Shown: positions 1 to 12,502 of the stretch, piece by piece | How the letters are laid out: the number at the start of each line of letters is the position of its first letter | Numbering within the stretch: the first letter of the stretch is position 1 | Source: Cercozoa sp. M6MM | Taxonomy: Eukaryota > Protista > Endomyxa: Ascetosporea | Strand: one strand, 5' to 3' | NCBI GenBank assembly: GCA_040357565.1 | Contig: JBDODJ010000049.1 | DNA length: 64,000 nucleotides | Notes under the pieces: model-generated | Database searches by the model: none | What the model was told of the DNA's origin: nothing | Seen by the model: the letters and a program-made list of their open reading frames with translations, nothing else | Made by a program: the position numbers and the translations under genes

Positions 1-1159
1 CCTTTACTCCCCTCCCCCTTTACTCACCCTTTACCCCCTCCCCCCGGGCAGCGCGTCGTGTGTCTCGACTTTCACCTGAGCGAGCCGGGCTTCTTCCCGC
101 AGGTAGCCACCCTGTCCAAATGGACACTGTACCGACTGTGTCCAAATGGACCACTTTGAATAAACGTGGGGGACGGTTTGAACAGGAGGACGGTTCTTCC
201 TGTAGCCAGACGAAAGAGTCCTGGCGCATCGTGAATGTTCCGTTTCGACGCGGCGTTTCCGCCGCGCGTTTTGCTGCCGTGTTTCGCGCGCTCTTTGGTG
301 TTTAGCCCCCCTCTTTACTCCCCTCTTTAGCCCCCTCTTTTTCCCCCTTTTTAGCCCCCTCTTTATCCCCCTTTTTAGCCCCCTCTTTACTCCCTCTTTA
401 GCCCCCTCTTTAGCCCTCTTTACCCCTCTTTACCCCCCCCCCCATGGCAGCCTATGCATATGCGAGAGTGCGACCGGACGCGGTGGTGTTGCAGTGCGGC
501 TGCGATGCTTTGGGTTCTTTGTCCCCTTCTTAACTGACCTTTTTATCCCCCTTGTACAGGAAGGGACCCAACGCGCGCGCTAAATTTGGACAGTGTCGCC
601 ATGTGTTCGGCGGTGCAACAAGTGGTTTCGACTGGTTGCAAGTTGCTGTTGGTAATAACCCCCCTTCTTCTTACCTCCCCTTTGACCCCTTCTAATGTAG
701 TTAGGAGGCGGTGGCTACGAGCCGACCAACGTGGCACGTGTGTGGACACAAGTGATCGCCAACTTGGCACGTGTGTCACTCAGCAAAACCGTGCCACGTG
801 ACACACATGACTGGCCTTTCCGACTGGCACCGTATATGAAGGTTTTACCCCTTACCCCCTCCCCGCTCCTTTATCCCCCCCCTCTGTAGGTGCCCATGAG
901 CGAGACGATGCAGGACGCCAATTCGAAAGGTCACTTGCGTCTTCTGTTGGACACGGCACGCCGACGACTGGACACGTGCGGTACCAAACTGCACGCGCCA
1001 ATCAGTGGCAACAAGTCATGCGATCGTGATCGCTCCGACTCTGACTCGGAGGAAGAGGAGCCACGTCTCAAGCGAAGACGTGTCTTTGCTCCCTTGAATC
1101 GAAGCGTTGACCAAACTCGACCAAATGCGGACTCCGCAGAGTCTCCCTTCGATTTCTAG
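1..1159 (+). CDS. Class I histone deacetylase (HDAC8-like), 3' exons only; 5' end lies outside the window
   Basis: Spliced exons read RVVCLDFHLSEPGFFP / IVNVPFRRG / PDAVVLQCGCDALGRDP / LLLLGGGGYEPTNVARVWT, the class I HDAC motifs (GFFP, QxGxD, GGGGY); GT-AG introns; stop at 1159. Confidence 0.9.
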
Positions 1160-1189
1160 ACTGTTCCTCTATTACAGAACATTGTACAA

Positions 1190-2017
1190 TCACAGCTGCG
1201 AGTCCTTAGCCTTGCTCTCGTGTGTGCGAGAGGATCGACGCCGAGTGTAGCGATCGCGAACGTTCGGTTCGATGCGGGCACGACTACTGGCACTTTCGTG
1301 GTGTCCGCGCGGACGACGAGGTGCTTCCAGTGCAGCCGAGGGATTAAAGCTCAATGCGCCAGGGAAGTCGCGCTGAAAATCGGCGAGTTGTGACGGCTCC
1401 AGGTGATGCAACTGCTCATGGCGCGTCCATTCTTCGTGCGGACTTTCGCGTTCCTCGATCAGTGCGTGTCCTTTGCCGTTGCGGAAGCCTGCTTTCATGT
1501 TGTTCCATTAGTTTGCATGCATGTAAGCATTGTGCTGAGAAAAAATTGTGAAAAAGCACAAAATGGACTTGAAAGCTGCCGACTGAAACTCGAGAACAGA
1601 ATGAAGTGAAAAAAAAAACTCAAAATGAAGCAACTCACGCTGAACGCCGCGACGTTCGTGGCCGGAAGAGTCGCGTTCCATGCGTTTTACTTCGCGAACG
1701 ACTTCACCATTCGGCCCTGTCGTTGTGCAACTCGAGTACGACGAAGAGAAGAACTGAACCGGTTGGTTCGAATTCGAGTTGGAGTGTGACTGATGCGACT
1801 CGCTTGGCTCTTCCACCGTAACGTCGCCAGTCGCACGAGCTGGAGTCGCTTCGTGTGGCAAACCGAACGGGTCGTGTCCACCAAACGCATTGGAAAACAT
1901 CGCGTTCATGTGACGCATATGCCGTTCCATCATTTCGCTCATGCTGCCAAACATTGAGCGACTGCCGCGCTCACTATCTCCGCGAAAGAACGGGTCGTTT
2001 TCAAAGTTGTGCGGCAT
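1190..2017 (-). CDS. Myeloid leukemia factor (MLF)-like protein, 2 exons
   Basis: DPFF and Met/Phe-rich N-terminus, FFSSSYSSCTTTGPNG..REVKRMERDSSGHERRGVQR|FRNGKGH..LHHLEPSQLADFQRDF matches the MLF pattern; one GT-AG intron joins ORFs 1508-2017 and 1190-1498. Confidence 0.7.
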
Positions 2018-2323
2018 AGCTACACTTCAGGCAAGGGATTATCCCCGCAACTCGAGCAAAACGGCCCGACAACAGCACAACTCACCGTTTCGCGTGCTAG
2101 ATGGCTAGTCCAGTAAGTTGTTGGCAAAATCGTAGGGGTTTTCAGGTCGTTTAGCTTGTCAGACAAAGTGGTTTTTGCGACATTCGGTCCGAAGCCAGGA
2201 AGGAATTTTCGATCAAAGCAAAATAAGAAAATTCGACGGGTTTCGCCTCCAGCCACGCGGATGTTCAGATTCGCGACTACTGATCCGATTAATGCGCGTA
2301 GTTAGATTTAAGTATCGACAAGC

Positions 2324-3676
2324 ATGGACCCGCGAATGAACAATGAACCGACCTTGATCACGACGTGGTCGCTTCTCTTGTCACCTGGGCACTGCATTAA
2401 TTGTGTCAAAAACAGGTGCATACGCGTGCTGTAATCTGCTGCTTAGCATTTGCACTGGTGCTACTATAAATAACGATAGGAGTGTTCCAAAATGAAACCA
2501 CAGCTACGTTCTGGCGATGTGGTACAATGTACTGAAACAATTGTAGTTGGAGTCATTATTGTTGCTAGTGTTGCTGTTCTGCAGGTGTTTGCTGTGTTTG
2601 CCATCGCCTATTTGGTGCTATGCACATCCAAAGAGGTAAGGCAACTGTTGCACTATTGCTTTCGTATATGAATGAATTTAGTGGATGAACGAACTGCCCA
2701 AGACAGTTACAGTGACTCTAAAGGCGTTGCCGATTTGGATTTTGCTCGGCAGTCTCCTATATTATAGTGAAATAAATGGTAAGAACAATAACGTTGATTT
2801 ATATCGATGCAGTTTTTTTGGCCTGACTTAATTTACTGTAGGTTTGGAGGACGACACCGATTCTGGTGGTGTCAATAAGAAACGGCACTACAAATTAACG
2901 TGCTTCGGCTTGCTTTTTGGCAGTATTGGAGACGTTCTTTTGGCTGTAAACAGACCTTAAAACACTTTATTCCAGTTGTTACTTCTCAATTACTTTTGGT
3001 GGAGAAATGTAGCTCGACAAAAGCGACGACAAGGACGACGAAGGCGGCGTTTTCTTTCTCTGTGGTCTTGTTTCGTTCCTTCTCGCTCACATATTCTACG
3101 GTACAGTTGTACTGTATTTTTGATCAATAACTTCCGCGCTGACGAGACGATTCAATTGATGTTGCTGCAGCTGTCGGGTTGTACAACAAGCAGCGGCCAT
3201 TCCGTTGGCCAGTTTTGGCACTGTTCGCAGTGTTCGCGTGCAGTTACTTTGCTGTGTTGTTCAAGAACCTGGACAACATCATGCTCGCTCCTGTATCATT
3301 CTTTGCAGCTTGAGTTTATTGAGAGATATGCCCGCATACTGTAGGTCGCAATGTACACAATAACGATCGCAGCGATGGCAGTGCTTGCTGATGGCAGCAA
3401 CAACATGTGGGCACGTGTCGGGGCTGTCTCCTTTGTTGCTTCTGACTCCTGCTTGGCTTGTAATTTAATGTTAATTACCTTTCTGTTTGTTGGTCTCGGT
3501 CTGAATTCTTAGTGTCATGACCTGTAGGGAACATGTTCGCCAGTGAGTTTTGGCAGGCAAGTTTCGTCATCATGGCAACGTACTACACGGCACAGTTCCT
3601 GCTTATGCGCAGTGCAGTGTACCAAAACAAGCAGGCTAGCGGCGACTATTCTGAGCCGATTCTCTGCGCCAATTAA
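2324..3676 (+). CDS. YhhN/TMEM86 lysoplasmalogenase-like membrane protein, multi-exon
   Basis: Spliced motifs GLLFGSIGDVLL, FFLCGLVSFLLAHIFY, GAVSFVASDSCLA, IMATYYTAQFLL; 5' exons approximate. Confidence 0.85.
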
Positions 3677-3861
3677 CTGACTGACATGACTCAAGGCAAC
3701 CACCGCAATGTCGTAATTTCGTTTCGAGTTAAAATTCTGGCTTTGTTGGACAGAAAAGTTGACATGTAACTGTACAAAAGAACACTGGCGCAGTTCGCGC
3801 AACTAGCAGTAGGGACGGACGGTCGGGTGGGCGTGCGCCCGGCATGGCAGTGTATCGTCGG

Positions 3862-6800
3862 TCATAACGGCGTCATTCGACGCAGCAGTTCGCGCTGCAG
3901 GAGCTGCGCCTGTGCAGCGGCGCCGCCCGTCACCACGTCACCGTTCTCGGCGATGCGACGCAGCAGGTATGGCAGTACCTGGGACAGGAATAGGGGTGGT
4001 AGTTAAGGAGGCAGAAGGATGGTAGAACTACCTCATGGATGGGTCCATACGGCACATATTTGTACACGGAGAGTGAGCCCTCCTGAGCGACAGCAGCAGT
4101 CAGAGCATCGGCCATGCCGAGCAATTGCGCCGTGAAAATGTGCTGACTGGCGCCGACTTGACCCAAAGTTGCCGACGTCTCCTTCGCCAGCGTTACTATC
4201 TTCTGCAGCGACTCCTGTCGGGGGGGGGGGTATACGAAATAAGAGATAAGGGAGGTAGGGGTAGGGGTAAAGAGTATCAACTTTGTTGTGCGTCGCAAGC
4301 ATCAGCGACGCCTTGCCTTTGCGTTCGACGATCTCTTGACACACCTGGGCGGTAGGAGGGGTAAGAGAGGTAGGAGGTAGGGGGGCAGGGAGAGTAGTAC
4401 CAAGGCAGCACACTCGTCGTACTGCTGATGCGTCTGCTGGAGTGAGACACACGGCGCGTGGTACGACGAGCCCTGACTGCGCTCCCACTCGAGGTAGGCA
4501 CCGCGCACCAGCTTGGTCGCAAAGTGGTAGTTCTGGGGGGGGGTATAGAGGGTATAGAGGGTGTGACAGAGGAGTAAAATGGGAGGTAAAGAGAGAGCTA
4601 AATGGGATTTTAAAAAGGGTAAACTCGGCGATATAAAGAGGGTTAAATGAGTGGTATAGAAGGGGTAAATTGAGAGGTATAAGGGGGTGAAACACTACCT
4701 GCTTGCGCGCACGCAGCATGTCTTGCTGCAGCGAGCCCTGTTCGAGTGGGGGGAGGGGGGTAAAGGGTAAGGGATGGGAGGGGGTAAATCTACCCTAGTG
4801 CGCTGCAAGTAGGCCTGGTGTGTCGAGTAGACGACAGGCGACTCCGTGTTGAACTCGGCCATGAGCGACTGCGTCACAGCATCGATCGCCGGCTGGAACT
4901 GCGATTGCTCTACCAACACACAGGCAGTTTACCCCCCTTCTTACCCCCCTACCCCGTCAACCTACCAGCATCAACAAAGACGCGCACGTTCTTCTCCTTG
5001 GCATGATGGGCCACCTACACACACATACAAATACCCTTCCCCTTCTCCACCCTGAGTTGACAAAGTACACGAGCAGCGCGCTGGCGGCACACGTTGAGAG
5101 CGTGAACGACCTCGTCCGACACTTCGATCTGACTGCGCAAAGACACAGAGGGACCAAATAACGTCCTGTGTACGGAAGGATGTGTGGGACTGTGCATGCG
5201 CACACGTTGGCGTTTACAGAGACAGCCGTCGGCAGCACAAGGACAGACAACAACTAGGCCAAGGAGGCTTCAGGGCTAGGAGCTAAAGGCACCGGTCAGC
5301 CAGGAACTTGCGCACGGCAGACGGGTAGTTTTCCCTGTGCAAGAAAATACAAAAAATGTTTACGCGATGTGTCAGATGAACTATACGTATGGGTCATCAC
5401 AAGGAAGAGCTGGCAGGCTCATCAGACCCGAAAGATTGTTATGTCCTCATTCAATCAAACAGGGTGTTTCGTCCAGTAGAAATTACTGGAAATTAGCAGA
5501 CAAAACATCCCATGTCATGGGTCAGCACAAGTGCGACCAACGCACTGTAACCCTCCAAAATAGGACAAACAGTGCTAGCAAACTCAATTAAAGCTCATAA
5601 AGCGCAAGTGAAAAAGAAAGTCAAGCAGAGTTTTACAAAAAATTTGAAAAAAAGTTCTACATACAGTTCGGTGACATCGATTCTCGCCTTCCAGTCTACG
5701 TACTCGATCGTCTCGGAGTCGCCAAAGAAATGGTCCACCAGTTCCTGCTCATCAGGCAGACATGGAAGAACAAGCCCAAGCAGATCAAAGGAAGCGTACG
5801 CCAACAAGCTCGTCCGGGAAGGTGACTTTCTGTTTGAACACTTCGACTGCCAACTCCTCGTTCATTCCGCCCTTTAAAAAAAAGACAAACACACACACAC
5901 ACGCGTAGATAGAACATTGGGAATTGTCTGACGGGCTAACCTACACTCAATTTGCAGAAGAGTTCTCGGGCGGCATTGATCGCGGCCGAACCTTCCATCA
6001 GCGCGGCCTACAGAAAGAACAAAGATAATCTGAACTCGTCTCAAGTTGAAGCTGCGAGAAGAGTATCTACAGGAGAGGCCAGCGCAGTCACTTTAACCGC
6101 TGCAAAGATCGCATTGGCGTCGTCACAGGCCGCTTGGGCTGCCGTGTCCACGCACTGCTCAGTGTGAAAGCCTTCAACCGAGAACACGCGAAAACGAAAA
6201 CGGGAGAACTGATGAGTCGACTCACCTCAATAAACAAGTCAGTGTTCGCATCGTACAATCGCGACAGTGCGTCGCTTTCACTCATGTCAGTTTTGCCTAC
6301 ACAGTTAGAAACAAGTCAAAAAACTTGGATCGATTCAACTGCGATGATACCTTCTGCAGCATCAATATCGGCCTCGGCAGCATAATCCACGATCGTTCCA
6401 ATCCCTGCGAAACGTACAACACGTTCAAATTATACAGCACATGAAAACTCTACCCGACTTGCGCAGTCGGTGCGCAGTCTCACGCACTTCTTCAGCGGTT
6501 TCTCCTGTGTTTCTTGCAACAGTGAAAGAAACGATCAATTCGGAGAAACAGTAAAAACTGTACCGCCGCAAAAATGACCAAAGAACGTTGCTTTCAAGAA
6601 GGCATCTGCAGATTATATTTCAAGCTAAACTAAGCCCACAGAAAAGCACGAACCAGTGATGTTATCGCCGAAGAACTTGCGCGAGTTCTCATACAGTGCG
6701 CGAGAGTGCTTCACAACGCCTGTTTGTACAACACAAGCACACAGCTCGATTGAATCTACTGGAACTGACTAAAGCTCACCTGGCAGTCCGCACACTCGCA

Positions 6801-7070
6801 GCACAAACCACGCGCGCGCGACTTCACCTGTCGTCATGCCACGGCACGCTGCTTCCTGCAAGAAACACACACCAGACGAGTCACCAAACCATACAGCATC
6901 GCACAACTAATCGGTTCGATACCGAGTTATCAAAGTCCAGGGCAGGAGCTGCAAAGAACCTGCACAAACGAGCGTGTTTCAGTCGATCGGAGAGCGAAGA
7001 ATAACAAAAGGAAAAGGCACCTTTGCGACGACGTGAAGCGTGCCAAAACACTTCGACGAGCAACTAGCAT
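3862..7070 (-). CDS. PRODH: Mitochondrial proline dehydrogenase, many small exons
   Basis: Presequence MLVARRSVLARF, then TTGEVARAWFVLRVC, LKATFFGHFCG, DYAAE, VDAEQSQFQPAID, KLVRGAYL, LATHN, AQLLGMAD, YKYVPYGPIHEVLPYLLRR. Confidence 0.93.
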
Positions 7071-7414
7071 CTTTTCGACCGTTACTTATCCACAACACTA
7101 AAAACTTATATTAGCCTGCTAAAAACAGGTGGGGGCGTGTATGCGATGTACAGAAACCACTTAGCGAACTGCAACGCGCTAGTTTTCGCTAATGGGTCCG
7201 TTTTCGGACAAACAGACGAAATATAAAAACAATCACGCGGGTGGCTACAGAATAGCCCACGCTGGAGCGTCGAGTTCAAAGGCCAACACGGCGCCGTGTG
7301 ACCTCTGAGTAATCACCGTTAACCAAGCAGGTATGTGCGCACTGTGATTGCGATCAATGTATGAGTGTTTGACCGAGGCATTTTTGTGCGTCAAAAAAAA
7401 CAGAAACTTCCAAG

Positions 7415-7666
7415 ATGCACTTGATGTACTACATGGACGACGCTGGCAACCGCGTCTACACGCTGGAGGTGCACCAATTTGTTTATTTAGGCACAAACAG
7501 GTAGCCGTTTGTTTGTATGTCGCAGAAGAAGGACCCGGCCGGTCGTCCGACGATCTCGGCGCACCCGGCGCGTTTCTCGCCGGACGACAAGTACAGCAAG
7601 TACCGCATCGCCACGCAGAAGCGCTTCGGCGTCCTCCTCACGGACCAGCCGGCGCAGGAGTACTAA
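7415..7666 (+). CDS. NOP10: H/ACA snoRNP subunit Nop10, 2 exons
   Basis: [18 protein letters not shown]|[46 protein letters not shown]. Confidence 0.97.
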
Positions 7667-7803
7667 ACCAACACTTGTTCTTCCAGTCAGTTACTGATCT
7701 GCAGACCATGAACGGTGCATGCCTGCGCATTTGCGTGTACGTTCAGTCGGGCCAGACGTCAATACGTGTATACAGTAGGCAAGTAGGGTTAATGGGAACT
7801 CAG

Positions 7804-10800
7804 CTAACGCAAAACTGGTGAAGCAGACAGCATGAGCAGTGTGCCACGACGATGAATCAGAACGTGTCGTCGTCCGGCGTGACAGTCGTCGAGCACGGCG
7901 CAGGCATGCGACGTCGTTTGATGCGCCAGCTGCGTACATGTGTGCATGTAACACAACAGTAACCCTCCCCCAGTAGACGGGAGACTTACCCAAGCGCGAC
8001 GGCGCCAGCCAACACAACGCGGACGGCGGCATCGGCGAACCACCGGCGTGCAGGCGGCAGTGCCGACCACTGAGGCAAGTATCGGAAAGTGCCTGAGTCT
8101 ATCGACCTGAAAGGAAGAAGGAGGTACCTCGCAGAGCTGCGTGTCGGTCTTATCGGCAGCACTGTACTCCAGCGCGAACTTCCACTTGACGGCGAGTTTA
8201 CGGCGTGCCCACCAGCCTGTGAGAAAGCAGACGCACACGTGTCCACGTACACATGGGTACAGACAAACGTAAAGGCAGAAGCACCATGAAGATTCGAAGC
8301 CAGAATCGGCAGCAGCAGCAACAGTTCGTCGTCGAACTCTTGCGGACTCACATCGACCACTTCGCCTATGAAGACATGTACACATAGGTCAGTTCTTCGG
8401 GCACACCTAGGCGGGACAGTGTACCAGCATCCGGCTCCGTGAAGCTCACAGTGTAGCCCAGATTAAACAGTGCACGCAGCGTCTCCTTCACCACCGTGCG
8501 TCGCGCTTCTGCGGCCTGGCGGGAGAGGTAGGGGGTTAAGGGTTAAGGGTAAGAGTAAATGTAAAGGGAAGCGGATACCACGCGCTGCCGCTTGCCGAGT
8601 TCATCGAGCGACATGAGTGTGCCATCCATCCGGAGCAGCATGTCAAAATGTCCAGGCGACGAAGGACTCCACTCGTCGGCCAAACGAGCAGCAGTCCACA
8701 CGTGGTGCAGTTGCATGGCCAGTGGTTCCTCCACGTGCTGCAGCAGTCTTCGCGCCGCCTGTTGTGCCGCTTTCGAAGCCAGCGGCGTGGCTACACACAC
8801 ACACACCTCGCATTTGCATCAACAAATCAATCCAATAAGTACAGTCAAATGAGTACAGTCAAATGAGTACAGTCAAATCAGTACAGTACAGTTCAATTAG
8901 TACAGCTAAATTAGTACAGTCAAATTAGTCAGTCAAGTCAAAGCATACCTGCCGATGGCGAGTAGTTTTCGCCGCTTGCCACTGTCATCTTTTGAATACG
9001 CTGCACGCACAATACTGTTATCTGGAAATAGACAGACACAAGGTGACCCCAAGTACCTCAGCCGGTGGTAGTGGATCCGGCGCCGTCGGCGACCAGTCGC
9101 ACTCGCTCAGCTTGAAGTAATCCTGGATTAGGTAGCCACTCATCAGCTCGTAGAACCGATCGCGCTCAGCGAACGTCGCGAAATGCGCCATCAACTGCGC
9201 AAGCATCGGAGTTACAAATTTGGCTCGAAAATCATCAAGGGTTTGAAGCCAAGTTCCAAAACCAAAATATCAACGTGCCTTGCGGAGTCGCTGTCCATCG
9301 CGCTTAAGTCGACTCTTCTCAAATCGCATGTGCGCAATCTCAAGCACTGGCATTTCCTCTTGCCTGTAACAGACACAGAAAGCACAAAACAATAGGACCA
9401 GTTTCGAATACTGAAGAAAAAAGTTGAGTGCTACTTGTGCAGGCAGCGAATCGCATCTGCAGCAATCGTGTGCTCAGCCTACGTTGTTGATTTTGTAAGA
9501 CTAAACGAAAACAACAAAGGAAGAGAGCAGAGGCACCTTAAAGAGATGCGCATTGTCTTCGAAATTGGTGTCACTGGAGACGAGTCGGCCCCACGGATTC
9601 GCTGCTGTTGCGTTGGCTGGTTGGTCTGAGAAGAAACAAAAAAAAACAATCAAACACTTTCAATATGTAGGTTTAACCCATAAAGTCTATAAACTCTAAA
9701 GAAGAAGCAGTCTTCACCTTTCAGGAACTTGTGAACGAGCAACTCGCGAGTCTCCAGATCGAGTTCAAGCACGCGCGGACTGTTACGGTTCATGCGATTG
9801 ATCTTAAGCACGAAAGCCAGCGGACGAGCTTTGCGCAACGAGGCGCGTCTTGCAGCTTGCACCAGAGTCTTCAGATCGCCCCAGCAGAAGATGCACGCTG
9901 CCATACTCGGCTCACTGAGTAGTTCACATGCCAAACCAGCCGACACAGCCGGCTCTGCCTCCTCTCTGCAAGAAGTGCAATGTTTTGGTTTTCGCATTTG
10001 TCCAATGACCATCACAACACAACAACCACAAACATCACGAAAAACGTACTCGGAAGGGGTTTGCAATGTGGTTTTGGGAGTAGCTCCAGCTTCTTCGGCC
10101 CGATTGACCTAAGAATTCAAGTTTCGATGAAAAGCACAAAAAAGCGAATTAAAAATTAACAGACAGCACAAATAAACGCACTTGTTTGGTAGCCGGGCGC
10201 ATGATCGGTTTTAGTACAGTTCTTCGCAGTGCACGAGCCGCAATTTTGGCCGCTTGCTCCTCCACATCGTCCTGAACAAACACCATTCTCTGCTGGAGTA
10301 CAAAAAAAAAGTGAGACAAAAGTCAAACACAAGATACCACATCGAGTTCATCTTCCGGAGGCGGTGCAACGTCGAGATCGAGCGAAGCCTTGGTCGCACT
10401 CATCGAAGCGTGCTGCCAAACAGGTTTAAAAAGATGGACAAAAGCGAGAACCCAGCGTGAAACAAGATTTTAAAAAATACAGGGGTGTGCGGCAGCGGGG
10501 ACGATTCGACTTGCGAGAGTTTGCGCAAGGATTCCACCTGTCCAAACAAAAAGGTTGGCGAGTAAAAGGGGGCAAAGGGGTAAAGAGGGTAAAGGGGGAT
10601 AAAAGGGTGTCAACGGGTGAAGAGAAACCAAAGCAGACACACCTGCAGCTCGGCAACAATGGCGCAGCGTCGAAGAACCTCGTTAAGTGAGGACATGGCG
10701 TAACTCGTGGTTTCGTGCACCCCAGGATCCGCGCGGTCCTGGAAGAGTTTGCGCAACGCGCTGTTCTCCTGCATCACGCACTCACTCATTCGTTCCGAGT

Positions 10801-11455
10801 CGACAATGTCTGCCTCCAGCATCTGCTCCAGCAGGCCTGCACACACGGTATAAGAAGTAAAGGGCATATGTGATGGGGATAAAGGATAACATACGCAGGT
10901 ATCGTAGACGAAGGCGCTGCTGCTGGCGCGTCATATCCTCGAAACGCGCGTGTCCGACGCCGAGCGAAGTTACGCTTTCGACATCGACGCCCGACTTTGT
11001 CGAGGTCGGGAAACAGTGCGCTGCGAAACCGCCGCTCGGCAGTGTCGGTGCAGGCGGTGCAAACATCGGCTTGTCCACATCGAACGGGTCCAAGTCCTGT
11101 GACAACACATTTAACATAAACACATTTTTTTAATATTAGAATAGTATACTAGTATATATGCTATCATGCTTTACACATGCTGCAAGCATTAAACACGCAA
11201 AATCTTGTGTGCGAAGGGTTAAGCTGCACCTGCAGTGGACTCTGATCGGCCGGCGTGCTGTCGGCTGGCGAGCTGCCTTCCGACTCCTGCTGCGACGACA
11301 ACGAATCGCCGCCACGAAACGACGAGTTCTAGACAACCATACGTTCGAGGTGTAGAATCGACAGAAAACACGCCAAACACAGAACTCACGTCTTCGTCGG
11401 GCTCGGGCCGCTCGGTGACCGTGACTCGCGGCACGTAGACTGGTCGTGGGGGCAT
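7804..11455 (-). CDS. Uncharacterised multi-exon protein with a probable PH-like domain
   Basis: Chain of exons; KINRMNRNSPRVLELD...LMAHFATFAERDRFYELM resembles a PH-like fold ending in a helix; 3' end approximate. Confidence 0.55.
8838..8941. repeat. Intronic minisatellite, unit of about 14 bp (AGTACAGTCAAATG variants)
   Basis: About 7 degenerate tandem copies visible. Confidence 0.85.
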
Positions 11456-11843
11456 TTCTCACACAACAACAACACACGAACCGATTAACGAGTCCGTCCG
11501 TGGAGAAACCTACACCACTAGTGCACTACAAACTGCAACTCACTATGAGCAGCGACAGGCACGGACTGGATCTCGCGTTGCGAGCTTTATGAGGGCATCC
11601 AAGCAAGTCCAAGTCGGCTCGCACGACATCGGCTCATCTATTTTCTTCGCGATCGGACATTAGATGCACTATGGCGCGCGCGAACGTGTCTTGCCGAGTT
11701 TAAGCACTAGTGTGCATCTGCTTTTATACTTGCGCTTCAATTGCGCTCACAATTATCGGTCGGGTGAAACGCAGTCGGGTGATTTCTGGTACAGCACGGT
11801 CGATATTGCCCTGTCGTCCAGGCGAAAGTGTTCTTGCGCACAG

Positions 11844-12502
11844 ATGTGGCGAACAGCAGCACGAGTACGTGCGTTTTCCACGAAAGTGGCCGAGCAGACG
11901 CAACAGCAGTCCTGGGTGTCGTTGTGGAAGAATGCACGTCAAAAAAGTAGCAACACTGGCTTCCTTTTCTTTTTGTTGAGAATACTCTTTATACAAATGT
12001 ATTTCTTGGACAGTAAAATTGCGCGCGGAAGGATACACAACAGCAGCGTTTTTCTGGCACTCAGTGATGCATAGCGGATTTTTGACGGCCTCGTTTTTCG
12101 CGACCGACTCGGTCTGCGAGTTTTTGAAGCAGCAAGCACCCGAGAAGTACCAGGACAGGATACAAGAAGTGTTGAACACGCAAGAAATGGGCTTGTGGCA
12201 GCGCTTTGGCATGGTAGTTTTGCTTTTTGTGCTTGAAAGTGAGTCTGTTTATTGTGGTGTCTTTTTGTCCAGGCTCTCGTGCTGAGTTCGATCTTGCGTC
12301 TCAGTACCGGCTGGATTTCGACCCCGCTGCCGTTCTTTTTGAGGTAACACTCCGTACTTTTGGGGGACTGTCATTGATGGATGCTTTTGACTGGCCTGGC
12401 GTGTGTTTGGTTTTTACCAGCGCGGCGACGGCACGTCACTTTGCGCCGATGGAGTCACGCTTGATCCAACGCTTCCATTCCTTCCGGCAACGCTTTGCTT
12501 GA
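11844..12502 (+). CDS. Small, probably mitochondrial membrane protein (hypothetical)
   Basis: Presequence-like MWRTAARVRAFSTK; 4 exons in frame with GT-AG introns; hydrophobic segments. Confidence 0.55.

Noticed and set aside
299-451. Interstitial telomere repeats
   Set aside because: Units are TTTACCCC/TTTAGCCCC, not CCCTAA/CCCTAAA, and they follow gene strand
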